A DNA stretch of 64,000 nucleotides from Acidobacteriota bacterium (lineage in GTDB: Bacteria > Acidobacteriota > Terriglobia > 2-12-FULL-54-10), in assembly GCA_016191085.1 (NCBI GenBank), contig JACPPJ010000012.1, forward strand, positions 281 through 64,280. The letters are read 5' to 3'. Below the pieces are notes generated by a model that saw only the letters and a list, made by a program, of their open reading frames with translations, was not told the DNA's origin and did no database searches. The translations under genes were made by a program, and so were the position numbers. Positions 55,979 through 64,000 of this stretch are shown here, piece after piece (positions within the stretch are counted from its first letter, which is position 1; every line of letters begins with the position of its first letter).

Positions 55979-57370
55979 ATGACTGCGGAACGAATCACCG
56001 TAATCGGCGGCGGACTAGCCGGCTGCGAGGCGGCATGGCAGTTGGCGCGGCGTGGCGTGGATGTGGATGTAGAGCTTTACGAAATGCGCCCCGCTGTGCC
56101 GACGCCGGCGCACACGACCGCCCTGTTCGCAGAGCTCGTCTGCAGCAACTCGCTCAAGAGCGACCGTGAAAACTCTGCTTCGTGGCTCCTGAAAGAGGAA
56201 CTCCGGCGCGCCGGATCACTTTTGTTGCGGATCGCGGGGGATTGCGCCGTTCCGGCGGGCCAGGCGCTGGCCGTGGATCGCGACCGCTTCGCCGCCCAAG
56301 TAACTCAAGCCATCGAACAGGAACCTCGGATTCGCATCCGGAGAGAGGAAGTCCGGGACATTCCTGCTGAATCTGTCGTTATCGTGGCTACCGGCCCGCT
56401 GACCAGCGATTCGCTGGCGGAGTCCATCGCACGCGTTACGGGAGCGGAGCGGTTGTACTTTTACGATTCCATCAGCCCGATTGTGGATGCGGATTCAATT
56501 GACAGAAACAAAGTGTTTGCCGCGTCTCGTTACGGCAAAGGAATCGAGGCGGACGGCTCTTCAGACACTGACGATTACCTGAATTGTCCGATGGACGAAC
56601 ACGAGTACCAGCGGTTCTACGAAGCTCTGATTGCCGCCGAAGAAGTCACCCGGCACGAGTTCGAGAACGCGAACTATTTTGAAGCCTGCCTGCCGATTGA
56701 GGAACTGGCGCGCCGCGGGCGCGACACTCTGCGCTTCGGGCCAATGAAGCCCGTGGGGCTGAAGGATCCGCGCACCGGCAAAATGCCCTATGCCGTGGTG
56801 CAATTGCGGCAGGAGAATATTCGCGCCGATAGTTACAATCTTGTGGGCTTTCAAAACCACCTAAAATTTGCAGAGCAGAAACAGATCCTCCGGCTCATCC
56901 CCGGCCTGGAATCGGCCGAGCTTTTGCGGTATGGCCAGATTCACCGCAATACTTACGTCAACGCTCCAGCGCTGCTGCATTCGACGCTGCAATTACGTGC
57001 CGATCCGCGCATCTTTTTGGCCGGTCAAATCTGCGGAGTTGAGGGATACGTCGAATCCATAGCGACAGGACTTCTCGCGGGCATCCATGCGGCGCGTTTG
57101 GTTCAAGCCGAGCGTCCGCAAGCGCCACCGCGGGCGACGGCCTGCGGGTCGCTGTGCCACTACGTCTCCAGCGCCGATCCCCGGAACTATCAGCCCGCCA
57201 ATATCGCCTTCGACCTGCTTCCTCCTCTCTGCGCCGCAGTGCCTGCCAAACGCGACAAGCAAGCCCGTCACGCCCTGCAATGCGAGATTGCCTTGAGGAA
57301 GTTTGACGAATGGCTACGCACGGTAGATCAAGTCCCAGCGCCTGAGCCGGTGTCCCGAACCTCAATTTAG
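55979..57370 (+). CDS. trmFO: Methylenetetrahydrofolate--tRNA-(uracil54-C5)-methyltransferase TrmFO
   Basis: ITVIGGGLAGCEAAWQLARRG (FAD-binding fold), LVCSNSLKS, FAGQICGVEGYVES and overall collinearity with TrmFO. Confidence 0.92.
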   Translation: MTAERITVIGGGLAGCEAAWQLARRGVDVDVELYEMRPAVPTPAHTTALFAELVCSNSLKSDRENSASWLLKEELRRAGSLLLRIAGDCAVPAGQALAVDRDRFAAQVTQAIEQEPRIRIRREEVRDIPAESVVIVATGPLTSDSLAESIARVTGAERLYFYDSISPIVDADSIDRNKVFAASRYGKGIEADGSSDTDDYLNCPMDEHEYQRFYEALIAAEEVTRHEFENANYFEACLPIEELARRGRDTLRFGPMKPVGLKDPRTGKMPYAVVQLRQENIRADSYNLVGFQNHLKFAEQKQILRLIPGLESAELLRYGQIHRNTYVNAPALLHSTLQLRADPRIFLAGQICGVEGYVESIATGLLAGIHAARLVQAERPQAPPRATACGSLCHYVSSADPRNYQPANIAFDLLPPLCAAVPAKRDKQARHALQCEIALRKFDEWLRTVDQVPAPEPVSRTSI

Positions 57371-57558
57371 ACGCACCATCTTTGAAAAATCGCGCTATAA
57401 TAAATACCCTCCTTAATTAGGTTTACCCTCATAACGCAATTGTGCTTGGGTGTGCTCGGTCGTGCCACTCGGCACGCGTGACCACCCGTACAGTCTAGTC
57501 AGTCTTGCAAAACCAATATACTGTTTCGACGCACCGCGATTGCGGCGGGGAGGATCAC

Positions 57559-58251
57559 ATGCGGACGAAGTCAGTCTGGGTTTTCACGCTGGCGTTATTG
57601 TCGTTGCCGGTAAACAATTTCGGGCAATCAACGGCCGTCATTTCGGGCACCGTTACGGACCAGAGCGGGGCCGTGGTACCGAATGCTGATGTGAGCGTTC
57701 ATAACGTGGGGACGGGACAAACGCGTACTCTAAAGACCAATGAAGCCGGGCGGTATTACGCGCCGGCACTCAATCCCGGCAACTATCAAGTGACCGCCAC
57801 GTCCCAGGGATTTGAGCAGCTCGTTCGTTCCGGCATCACTCTGACCGTGGGTAGCGAGTTAGTTGTTAACTTCACGCTGAAGCCAGGCCAGGTAACCGAA
57901 AGGATTGAGGTCGCCGGTCAAGCGCCGCTGGTGCAAACCACCAGCGCTGCTGTGGCGGAGTTGGTGGACAGCCAGAAGATTCGCGCCCTGCCGCTCAACG
58001 GCCGCAGCTTTGACCAGTTGATCTATTTGCAGCCGGGGGTCAACGTGGCCACGGGTGCTGGCAGCAGCCCCAATCAGGGCCGTGGCGTAAAGTTTTCGGC
58101 GAACGGAGCGCGTCTGACCTCCAACTACTTCATGCTCGATGGCACCGATATCAACGACTCGCAGAACTTTACGCCCGGCAGCGCCGGAGCGATCACGCAA
58201 ACCACGACCACCTCGCGCCAGATCCAGTTTGGTCTGAAGTACACCTTCTGA
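57559..58251 (+). pseudogene. Remnant of a CarboxypepD_reg-type TonB-dependent receptor (in-frame internal deletion of the barrel)
   Basis: Signal peptide, then a CarboxypepD_reg domain (ISGTVTDQSGAVVPNADVSVHNVGTGQTRTLKTNEAGRYYAPALNPGNYQV) and the start of the plug (LPLNGRSFDQL...FSANGARLTSNYFMLDGTDIND). These are joined directly to the family's terminal strand TTSRQIQFGLKYTF. The total is 230 aa, versus roughly 1000-1200 expected. Confidence 0.65.
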
Positions 58252-58280
58252 TCAGAAACGTGAAGTGCGAGCCTGTTTTC

Positions 58281-58304
58281 GGGTGGAGCGAAATCGCTCC
58301 ACCC
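58281..58304 (+). terminator. Perfect 10-bp hairpin downstream of the receptor remnant
   Basis: GGGTGGAGCG-AAAT-CGCTCCACCC. No T tract follows it, so terminator function is uncertain. Confidence 0.3.
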
Positions 58305-58511
58305 GCAACCTGACCTGCCTATATACGGTTCTAACGTCAATTCTCGCGTGCCGCCATGGGTCCGATCCTGTTAGCGTCGCGTGAAAACGTGTCAAGGAAA
58401 AATTTCTCGTCACATCCTTGTCGTTACGCTGCTCTGCCCAGCCTCCTCGGATTTATTTGCGCCGCAGTATATAATCCCTGCTTCAGTTCAAATTAAAGGG
58501 GTCATTCGCGG

Positions 58512-59276
58512 ATGAAGATGGAGGAAGTTATCGAGCTCGCGTCGCGATCTGAATCTATTCAACATGATCAACACCAAGCGGCAGTGCACGGCGCGTGCGG
58601 TGAAATAACCCACTCGCAACAACGAGTTCGGCTGCAAGATTTGGGCCGCGCGGCGGCGCTTCTCTCACACGAGCTGCGGCAGCCGCTCGGTGCTATCCAA
58701 AACCTGACGTCTTATGCCAGGGCATGCATCTCCCACGCTGATAAGCCGGTGCTGGAAAGCTTGTGCCTGGTGGAACAACAGGCCGAACTGGCCTCACGTA
58801 TTTTGTCCAGCCTGAGCTCGTTCGCGAGGTCGGGACAACCGGCCAGATCACCCGTACAGTTGCATCGAATCTTATACAACGTATTGGATCGGACCGCCCG
58901 ACCGCAGGAGATCGCGCTCCAGAAACACCTGGTTAGTCCGCTCCCCACCGCAATGGCTGACCCGCTGCATGTCGACCGAATCGTGTCGAATCTAATCGCA
59001 AATGCGCTGGAAAGCATTGACGGACCAGGTACGGTGACCATAACAACACGTGCGGAGTATGAGCTGGTCATCCTGCAAATTTCCGATACCGGGTGCGGCA
59101 TTGAACCAGGGCTGGCCGAAAGCATCTTCCAGCCGTTTGTAACTACCAAGCGAAACGGCACCGGATTGGGGTTGGCTTTGAGCTGCGAGTTGGCACAGGC
59201 CAACGGCGGCTCGCTGTCGTTCACAAGCAGCCCCGGAAAGGGAACTACGTTCGAGTTGCGTTTGCCGCAAGCGTAA
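58512..59276 (+). CDS. Soluble sensor histidine kinase (HisKA + HATPase_c, no recognisable input domain)
   Basis: H-box LSHELRQPLGAI, N-box IVSNLIANALES, G1 DTGCGI and G2 GTGLGLAL. No response regulator gene is adjacent. Confidence 0.8.
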   Translation: MKMEEVIELASRSESIQHDQHQAAVHGACGEITHSQQRVRLQDLGRAAALLSHELRQPLGAIQNLTSYARACISHADKPVLESLCLVEQQAELASRILSSLSSFARSGQPARSPVQLHRILYNVLDRTARPQEIALQKHLVSPLPTAMADPLHVDRIVSNLIANALESIDGPGTVTITTRAEYELVILQISDTGCGIEPGLAESIFQPFVTTKRNGTGLGLALSCELAQANGGSLSFTSSPGKGTTFELRLPQA

Positions 59277-59291
59277 TTGCCGCGATCCAGC

Positions 59292-59627
59292 TTACGCCCT
59301 TTTTGCTGTGCATTCGGGGCAGGGACAGATATCGCGCAAGTGATCGAAAGAATAGATTCCCGTGTTGTGACCGTCACTCCACTGCAATTGAACGGCGTAC
59401 CGCCCTACGGCCTCCGCGCCGGTCAGCCGGGTGACTGGTTTGAACATCGGGAAAGGGCTGGCGGACGCTGAGGGCGCATTTCGGTTATTGCGACACATCG
59501 CGCAGGGACATTGGTCCCGCAGGTACTGTAGAGAATACTGGCTTTCATGCCCGTCGGACCACGTTATGTTGACGCCCTGGCTGAGTGAAATATCCACATG
59601 CGAGGGATCGTTACTGCGCCGCTCCAT
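59292..59627 (-). CDS. DUF971-domain protein
   Basis: The duplicated pattern ITWSDGHESQYSLQYLRDQCPCAMC and LQWSDGHNTGIYSFDHLRDICPCPEC is typical of DUF971. Confidence 0.8.
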   Translation of the reverse strand: MERRSNDPSHVDISLSQGVNITWSDGHESQYSLQYLRDQCPCAMCRNNRNAPSASASPFPMFKPVTRLTGAEAVGRYAVQLQWSDGHNTGIYSFDHLRDICPCPECTAKRA

Positions 59628-59867
59628 AATGAAATTCTATAACGTATTCAGCCGCGGCACCAATGTTGCAGCCGAAGTGGACCAAGCGCTCCGATGCATT
59701 AGAATCGCGATCGTATTACAAACAACACCATCTGCTAATCACGTTTCCCTTTCCCCCCACGAGACCGAACTTGTCGCAAATGCCAGTACCTCGTAACCGT
59801 CAGTTGTTCGGTATCGCCCAGACCAGAATAGATATTCCCCCAGCTCTGTACCACAGGACCTTATCGC

Positions 59868-60466
59868 ATGCGGATCGTCGCCCTAATCTTCATTGCTTTT
59901 GTGCTGCTCATTCCGTCCGCAACATTCGCTCAAGGTATCATCACGACTGTCGCAGGCAATGGGACTCGAGGATTTTCAGGTGATGGCGGGCCCGCCACAT
60001 CTGCTTCATTGGCTCAACCTGCAGATGTCGCGGTAGACGGGGCTGGAAACGTATATATCGCCGACAAGCTAAACAACCCGATTCCGGTGCGGCGACCAGC
60101 CTACCGCTCCCGACCTCCATCAATGGCACTCAGGTCATCGTAAATGGCGACCTCTTTGGCGGCATTGCAGCGCGGTTGTATTCGGTATCGCCTACCCAGA
60201 TCAATGCCCAAGTTCCGTGGGAAATCGCCGGCATTAACGTGAACATCCAAATCGAGGTGAACGGAGTTCGATCCAAGACTGTGACAGCAAATCTATCGCC
60301 TGCCGCACCTGGCGTCTTCACGATGGCGCAAACCGGTAGCGGAGCAGGCGTCGTTGTCCACGCCAGCGATGGCGCGCTGGTCACATCCGCCAATCCGGCT
60401 GTCCCCGGAGAGCACTTGATTATTTACTGCACTGGGCTGGGACCCGTCACAAATAGTCCCAGCAGT
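59868..60466 (+). pseudogene. Remnant of an NHL-repeat / TIGR03437-type C-terminal-domain secreted protein
   Basis: Signal peptide plus one NHL repeat (GIITTVAGNGTRGFSGDGGPATSASLAQPADVAVDGAGNVYIAD). The frame then changes to SLPLPTSINGTQVIVNG...YSVSPTQINAQVPWE...LIIYCTGLGPVTN (TIGR03437-like). Recognisable sequence ends at about 60466. Confidence 0.55.
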
Positions 60467-60724
60467 GCATTCAGACGGTTTGAGGAGCCTCATGCGTATG
60501 ATATAATTAATACTTGCAACGGGCTCGCTAGAGGGGCCACTTACGTGTCCGCTGTTTCGAAATTGAGTGGCGTGGAATTCGCAAGAGCGTTTTATCCGCC
60601 GCCTTTTTTCGGAGCTGGTGCCGCGAATTCAGCTATCTTTTTTTCCATTTACATTGGCGATTTTCATGCAATGGCCGCTGTACTATTCTTCCCTTTTACC
60701 CTGGTCTGATCAGGTCCGGCATTT

Positions 60725-62053
60725 ATGAAAGACACTGCACTTTTGAACCCTTGGGAACAAATACTGGAGCATCTGCAGAAGGCGCTTACGCCGCAGAGTT
60801 ATTCCACATGGTTGAAGCCTGCTCGCTTTAGCCATATGCAGGATTCGACTCTCTTCGTCCGTGTTCCCAATGACACGTTCCGCATCTGGTACGTCCAGAA
60901 TTGCCGGGAATTGCTGGATGCTGCCCTGCCGTCTCTGCCGCTCGATGTATCGAAAATTGAGTTCATTTGTGACGGCCCGAAATCCAGACAGCAGAAAACG
61001 TCCGACCTTGGGCAGGGAAAACTCGAATTCAGCTCCACCACGGGGCAATTCAATCCGCGGTATACGTTTGATCAGTTCGTAGTGGGCGCCTGCAACCAGT
61101 TTGCCCATGCTGCTGCTGACGCGGTGGCTCGGAATCCATCGAACGCGTACAACCCGCTGTTTATTTATGGCGGTGTGGGGATGGGCAAGACACATCTGAT
61201 TCAGGCCATAGGCCACGTTCTTAAAACGCGGCATAGGTTCCGGCTGTGCTATGTCACCTGCGAGCAGTTCGTGAACGAAATGATCAGTTCTCTGCGGTAT
61301 GACAAAATGAGTTCTTTTCAAGACAAATACCGCAACGTGGATACACTGCTAGTCGACGATATTCAGTTCATGGGAAGCAAAGAGCGCACCCAGGAAGTCT
61401 TCTTTCACACTTTCAACACGTTATACGAATCGCAAAGGCAGATCGTATTCACCAGCGACCGGCCGCCTGGAGAAATACCTGAAATCGAAGATCGCTTGCG
61501 ATCACGGTTCGAGTGGGGATTGATGGCGGATCTGCAGCCGCCCGACTTTGAGACAAAAGTCGCGATTTTGATGAAAAAGTCGGAGGCCCAGGGAACTACT
61601 ATTCCGATCGAAGTGGTGACGTTCCTGGCTCAGAAGATTCGCACCAACATCCGTGAGCTCGAGGGTTGTCTGAATCGTCTCGTGGCCTATGCATCTTTGA
61701 CTGGCGTTGAAATCAGCGTCGGCATGGCACAACAGGTTTTGAAAACAGCGCTCACGGCCCAGGAAACTAAGATCAATATCGAGGCTATTCAGAAGGTCGT
61801 TGCGGATTACTTCGATATTCGCGTGAATGATCTGAAGCTGAAAAACAATTCGAAGAAAATTGTTTATCCTCGGCAGGTGGGAATGTATCTGGCTCGGGAG
61901 TTGGCCGGCGCCTCACTGCCAGCGATCGGCCGGGCCTTTGGCAATAAACATCACACGACTGTTTTGCATTCGATAGAAAAAATCAGGCAACAGAAAGAAA
62001 CCGACAAAGATTTAAACAGGGTTATCAACAGGCTAACCGATTCGCTTCAATAG
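60725..62053 (+). CDS. dnaA: Chromosomal replication initiator DnaA
   Basis: Walker A GGVGMGKTHL, the AAA+ core and the C-terminal DNA-binding signature VYPRQVGMYLARELAGASLPAIGRAFGNKHHTTVLHS. Confidence 0.97.
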   Translation: MKDTALLNPWEQILEHLQKALTPQSYSTWLKPARFSHMQDSTLFVRVPNDTFRIWYVQNCRELLDAALPSLPLDVSKIEFICDGPKSRQQKTSDLGQGKLEFSSTTGQFNPRYTFDQFVVGACNQFAHAAADAVARNPSNAYNPLFIYGGVGMGKTHLIQAIGHVLKTRHRFRLCYVTCEQFVNEMISSLRYDKMSSFQDKYRNVDTLLVDDIQFMGSKERTQEVFFHTFNTLYESQRQIVFTSDRPPGEIPEIEDRLRSRFEWGLMADLQPPDFETKVAILMKKSEAQGTTIPIEVVTFLAQKIRTNIRELEGCLNRLVAYASLTGVEISVGMAQQVLKTALTAQETKINIEAIQKVVADYFDIRVNDLKLKNNSKKIVYPRQVGMYLARELAGASLPAIGRAFGNKHHTTVLHSIEKIRQQKETDKDLNRVINRLTDSLQ

Positions 62054-62091
62054 AGTAAATTGAGAATGATGCCGGTAGAGTGTAACGAAGT

Positions 62092-62305
62092 TGTGAATTA
62101 CTTGTGGACAGGTCGCGGAAAACTCCAGCATCTGCTGAACGATCAGCAGAGTTCCACAGCAAGAGTGCCGATTTCATAGTTTTTCCACCGGGTGCTTGGT
62201 TGTGTTCACCATTACGGTCAACAGCTTGGCTGTTTTTCCACAGTTCACAATGCGTTTATTATGATGATGATTGCAAGATGTAAAATTTTTTGAATTTGTC
62301 ACAGA
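62092..62305. other. oriC: Candidate oriC module: DnaA-box-like sites plus an AT-rich element in the dnaA-dnaN spacer
   Basis: Box-like sites, compared with TTATCCACA: TGTGAATTA (62092..62100, reverse, 7/9); TGTGGACAG (62103..62111, reverse, 7/9); AGTTCCACA (62150..62158, 6/9); TTTTCCACC (62181..62189, 7/9); TTTTCCACA (62234..62242, 8/9). These are followed by ATGATGATGAT (62261..62271) and a stretch of about 22% GC up to roughly 62300. Confidence 0.5.
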
Positions 62306-62314
62306 GGCAATCAG

Positions 62315-63442
62315 ATGGAATTTTCGCTTCAACGTGCTGATCTTCTCCGGGAATTGACACTGTCACAGGGAGTGCTGGAACGGAAAGCAACTATTCCGAT
62401 TCTGTCTAACGTGCTATTGGAAGCATCGGAAGGCTGCTTGCGGCTCACAGCAACGGACCTGGAACTAGGCATTAGGAGTTCTTGTCCGGCTAAGGTGAAA
62501 AAAGAGGGCGCGACCACCGCACCAGGCAAGAAGTTATTTGATTACATCCGACAACTGGAGGAGGGCGAGATTCGCTGCAAGGTTTCTGAAGCCGCTGGCG
62601 GATCTATGCAGCTCAGCTCCGGCCGTTCACATGTTCGAATGGCTGGAATGTCACGCGAGAGTTTCCCGGTGCTTCCGGATTTTCCAGCCAAGCTGGCCGT
62701 GATTCCTCCAAAGATCCTGCAAGCAATGATTTCCCGGACCATATTCGCTATATCGGAGGAAGAGTCTCGGTACACGTTGAACGCTGCGCTGCTGATTCTC
62801 AAAGGCGAGACTATGATGATGGTCGCCACTGACGGTCATCGCTTGGCGCACGTAGAAGCCGAGCCGTCGCAGGACGGCTACTCTGGAGTGAGCGGCGAAA
62901 TAAGGGTGTTGGTTCCAAGAAAGGCAATGGCGGAACTATCAAAGCTCCTGGGAGATGCCCCGGAGGATGACGGAATTGAATTCGGCAAAGATGACAACCA
63001 CCTATTCTTCCGAATCGGACCGCGCCTACTGATCTGCCGTATGTTAACCGGCCAATTCCCTAACTACGAGGCGGTTCTACCGAAAGCATGCGACAAGATT
63101 GCAGTAGTTGAGAACAACGAAATTACCGCCGCAATTCGCAGGGTTTCGCTGTTTTCAGATGAAAGAACGCACACCGTGAAACTGCAGTTAGGGAAAGACG
63201 AACTGAAGGTGACCGCTACGGGTTCTGAGGTAGGCGAGTGCGAAGAGTCCATCCCCGCTGTCTACACTGCCTCACCATTGATGATCGGTTTCAATTGGCA
63301 GTACTTGACAGATTTTCTGTCTGCTGCCGGAGCGCAGAAGATTTCGATGGAATTTAAAGATGAACAAAGCGCTAGCCAGATGACTCCAGCGTCTGCTGAT
63401 AAAATGAAGTATAGATACGTGGTGATGCCGATGCGCGTGTGA
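62315..63442 (+). CDS. dnaN: DNA polymerase III beta sliding clamp
   Basis: 375 aa. LQRADLLRELTLSQGVLERKATIPILSNVLLEA and the three-domain length are typical of DnaN. Confidence 0.97.
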   Translation: MEFSLQRADLLRELTLSQGVLERKATIPILSNVLLEASEGCLRLTATDLELGIRSSCPAKVKKEGATTAPGKKLFDYIRQLEEGEIRCKVSEAAGGSMQLSSGRSHVRMAGMSRESFPVLPDFPAKLAVIPPKILQAMISRTIFAISEEESRYTLNAALLILKGETMMMVATDGHRLAHVEAEPSQDGYSGVSGEIRVLVPRKAMAELSKLLGDAPEDDGIEFGKDDNHLFFRIGPRLLICRMLTGQFPNYEAVLPKACDKIAVVENNEITAAIRRVSLFSDERTHTVKLQLGKDELKVTATGSEVGECEESIPAVYTASPLMIGFNWQYLTDFLSAAGAQKISMEFKDEQSASQMTPASADKMKYRYVVMPMRV

Positions 63443-63510
63443 GCGAGCGGGAGAGCGAATACAAAAGAATAGGAATTAACGCGAGGCGGGAATTAGAAGA
63501 GTAAAGATTT

Positions 63511-64000
63511 ATGGGTGACAAAGACATGAACATCGTCCCCGGCGTGCCGGGAGCACAGGGTGGTAAACCGCCCGTAGATATTTATGATGCCGACAGCATC
63601 AAAGTGCTTGGCGGCATGGAAGCGGTTCGCAAGCGCCCGGCCATGTACATTGGGTCCACCGGCGAAGGTGGACTGCACCACCTGGTCTACGAAGTGGTGG
63701 ACAACTCAGTCGACGAGGCGCTGGCCGGATATTGCACCGATATCGAAGTCACCATACACACGGACAACTCCGTAACCGTAATCGATAATGGCCGCGGTAT
63801 TCCGGTGGGAATGCATGAGGCAGAGAAGCGCTCCGCAGCCGAAGTAGTAATGACCGTGCTGCACGCCGGCGGCAAGTTTGACACCAATAGCTATAAGGTC
63901 TCCGGCGGATTGCATGGTGTCGGAGTCTCCGTCGTTAACGCGTTGAGCGAACGGCTTGAACTGGAGATCTGGCGAGATGGATACACTTGGGAGCAGTCTT
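63511..64000 (+). CDS. gyrB: DNA gyrase subunit B (5' part; continues beyond the window)
   Basis: Translated by eye from ATG 63511: ...[51 protein letters not shown]...[13 protein letters not shown]...[15 protein letters not shown]. It is missing from the ORF track because no stop falls inside the window. Confidence 0.95.
   Translation, partial: MGDKDMNIVPGVPGAQGGKPPVDIYDADSIKVLGGMEAVRKRPAMYIGSTGEGGLHHLVYEVVDNSVDEALAGYCTDIEVTIHTDNSVTVIDNGRGIPVGMHEAEKRSAAEVVMTVLHAGGKFDTNSYKVSGGLHGVGVSVVNALSERLELEIWRDGYTWEQS

Noticed and set aside
62261-62271. ATGATGATGAT as a DnaA-trio array.
   Set aside because: Published trios read 3'-[G/A]AT-5' (5'-TAG or TAA) on the relevant strand, and neither strand here gives that repeat. 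It is reported only as a periodic tract.

Overview
This is a 64-kb, roughly 58-60% GC chromosomal segment. Its gene content points to Acidobacteriota (Terriglobia-like): CarboxypepD_reg-type TonB receptors ending in QFGLKYTF, a TIGR03437-type C-terminal domain and GspG-like pseudopilins with P/Q-rich tails. The segment is origin-proximal, with mscL-rsmG-parS(x2)-parA-parB at 42.7-45.8 kb and dnaA-dnaN-gyrB(partial) at 60.7-64.0 kb. A cluster of DnaA-box-like sites next to an AT-rich stretch lies in the dnaA-dnaN spacer.

Main blocks, left to right:
1. A minus-strand pilus/T2SS-like operon (LolA-like, pilC, pilB, FG-GAP-like, pilM/N/O, PilP-like, an embedded hicB-hicA cassette, GspG-like pseudopilin).
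2. rpsT.
3. Two tandem paralogous large secreted proteins.
4. An atypical RND efflux locus: CzcA-like pump, two adaptors, an FMN_bind-like protein, a half-size TolC-like protein and a cohesin-like protein.
5. A Bat/MoxR-DUF58-VWA-TPR operon.
6. An FAH-family hydrolase.
7. A low-GC islet carrying a DUF4238 gene.
8. pmbA-tldD.
9. Two tandem type II toxin-antitoxin pairs.
10. ahcY-metK-tpx.
11. A plus-strand block: disrupted methyltransferase, orphan RND pump, mscL, rsmG, parAB, a Lol-like lipoprotein-sorting locus, DinB, DksA-like, LigD (PE+ligase), AmmeMemoRadiSam radical SAM enzyme, trmFO, gene remnants, a histidine kinase and DUF971.

I found no rRNA, tRNA, CRISPR array, transposase or integrase.

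The observations most worth follow-up are:
- the same-strand array at 9.5-21.9 kb (atypical efflux locus plus the two paralogous secreted proteins);
- hicA reading in-frame into a prepilin-like gene;
- the DUF4238 islet, which separates pmbA from an orphan terminator;
- a hairpin repeat shared by two intercistronic junctions;
- a sharp strand-bias switch at about 38.6 kb that does not coincide with the DnaA-box cluster at about 62.2 kb;
- several frameshifted or internally deleted genes.

None of these is proof of a new system. All calls rest on motif recognition by eye, with no database search.
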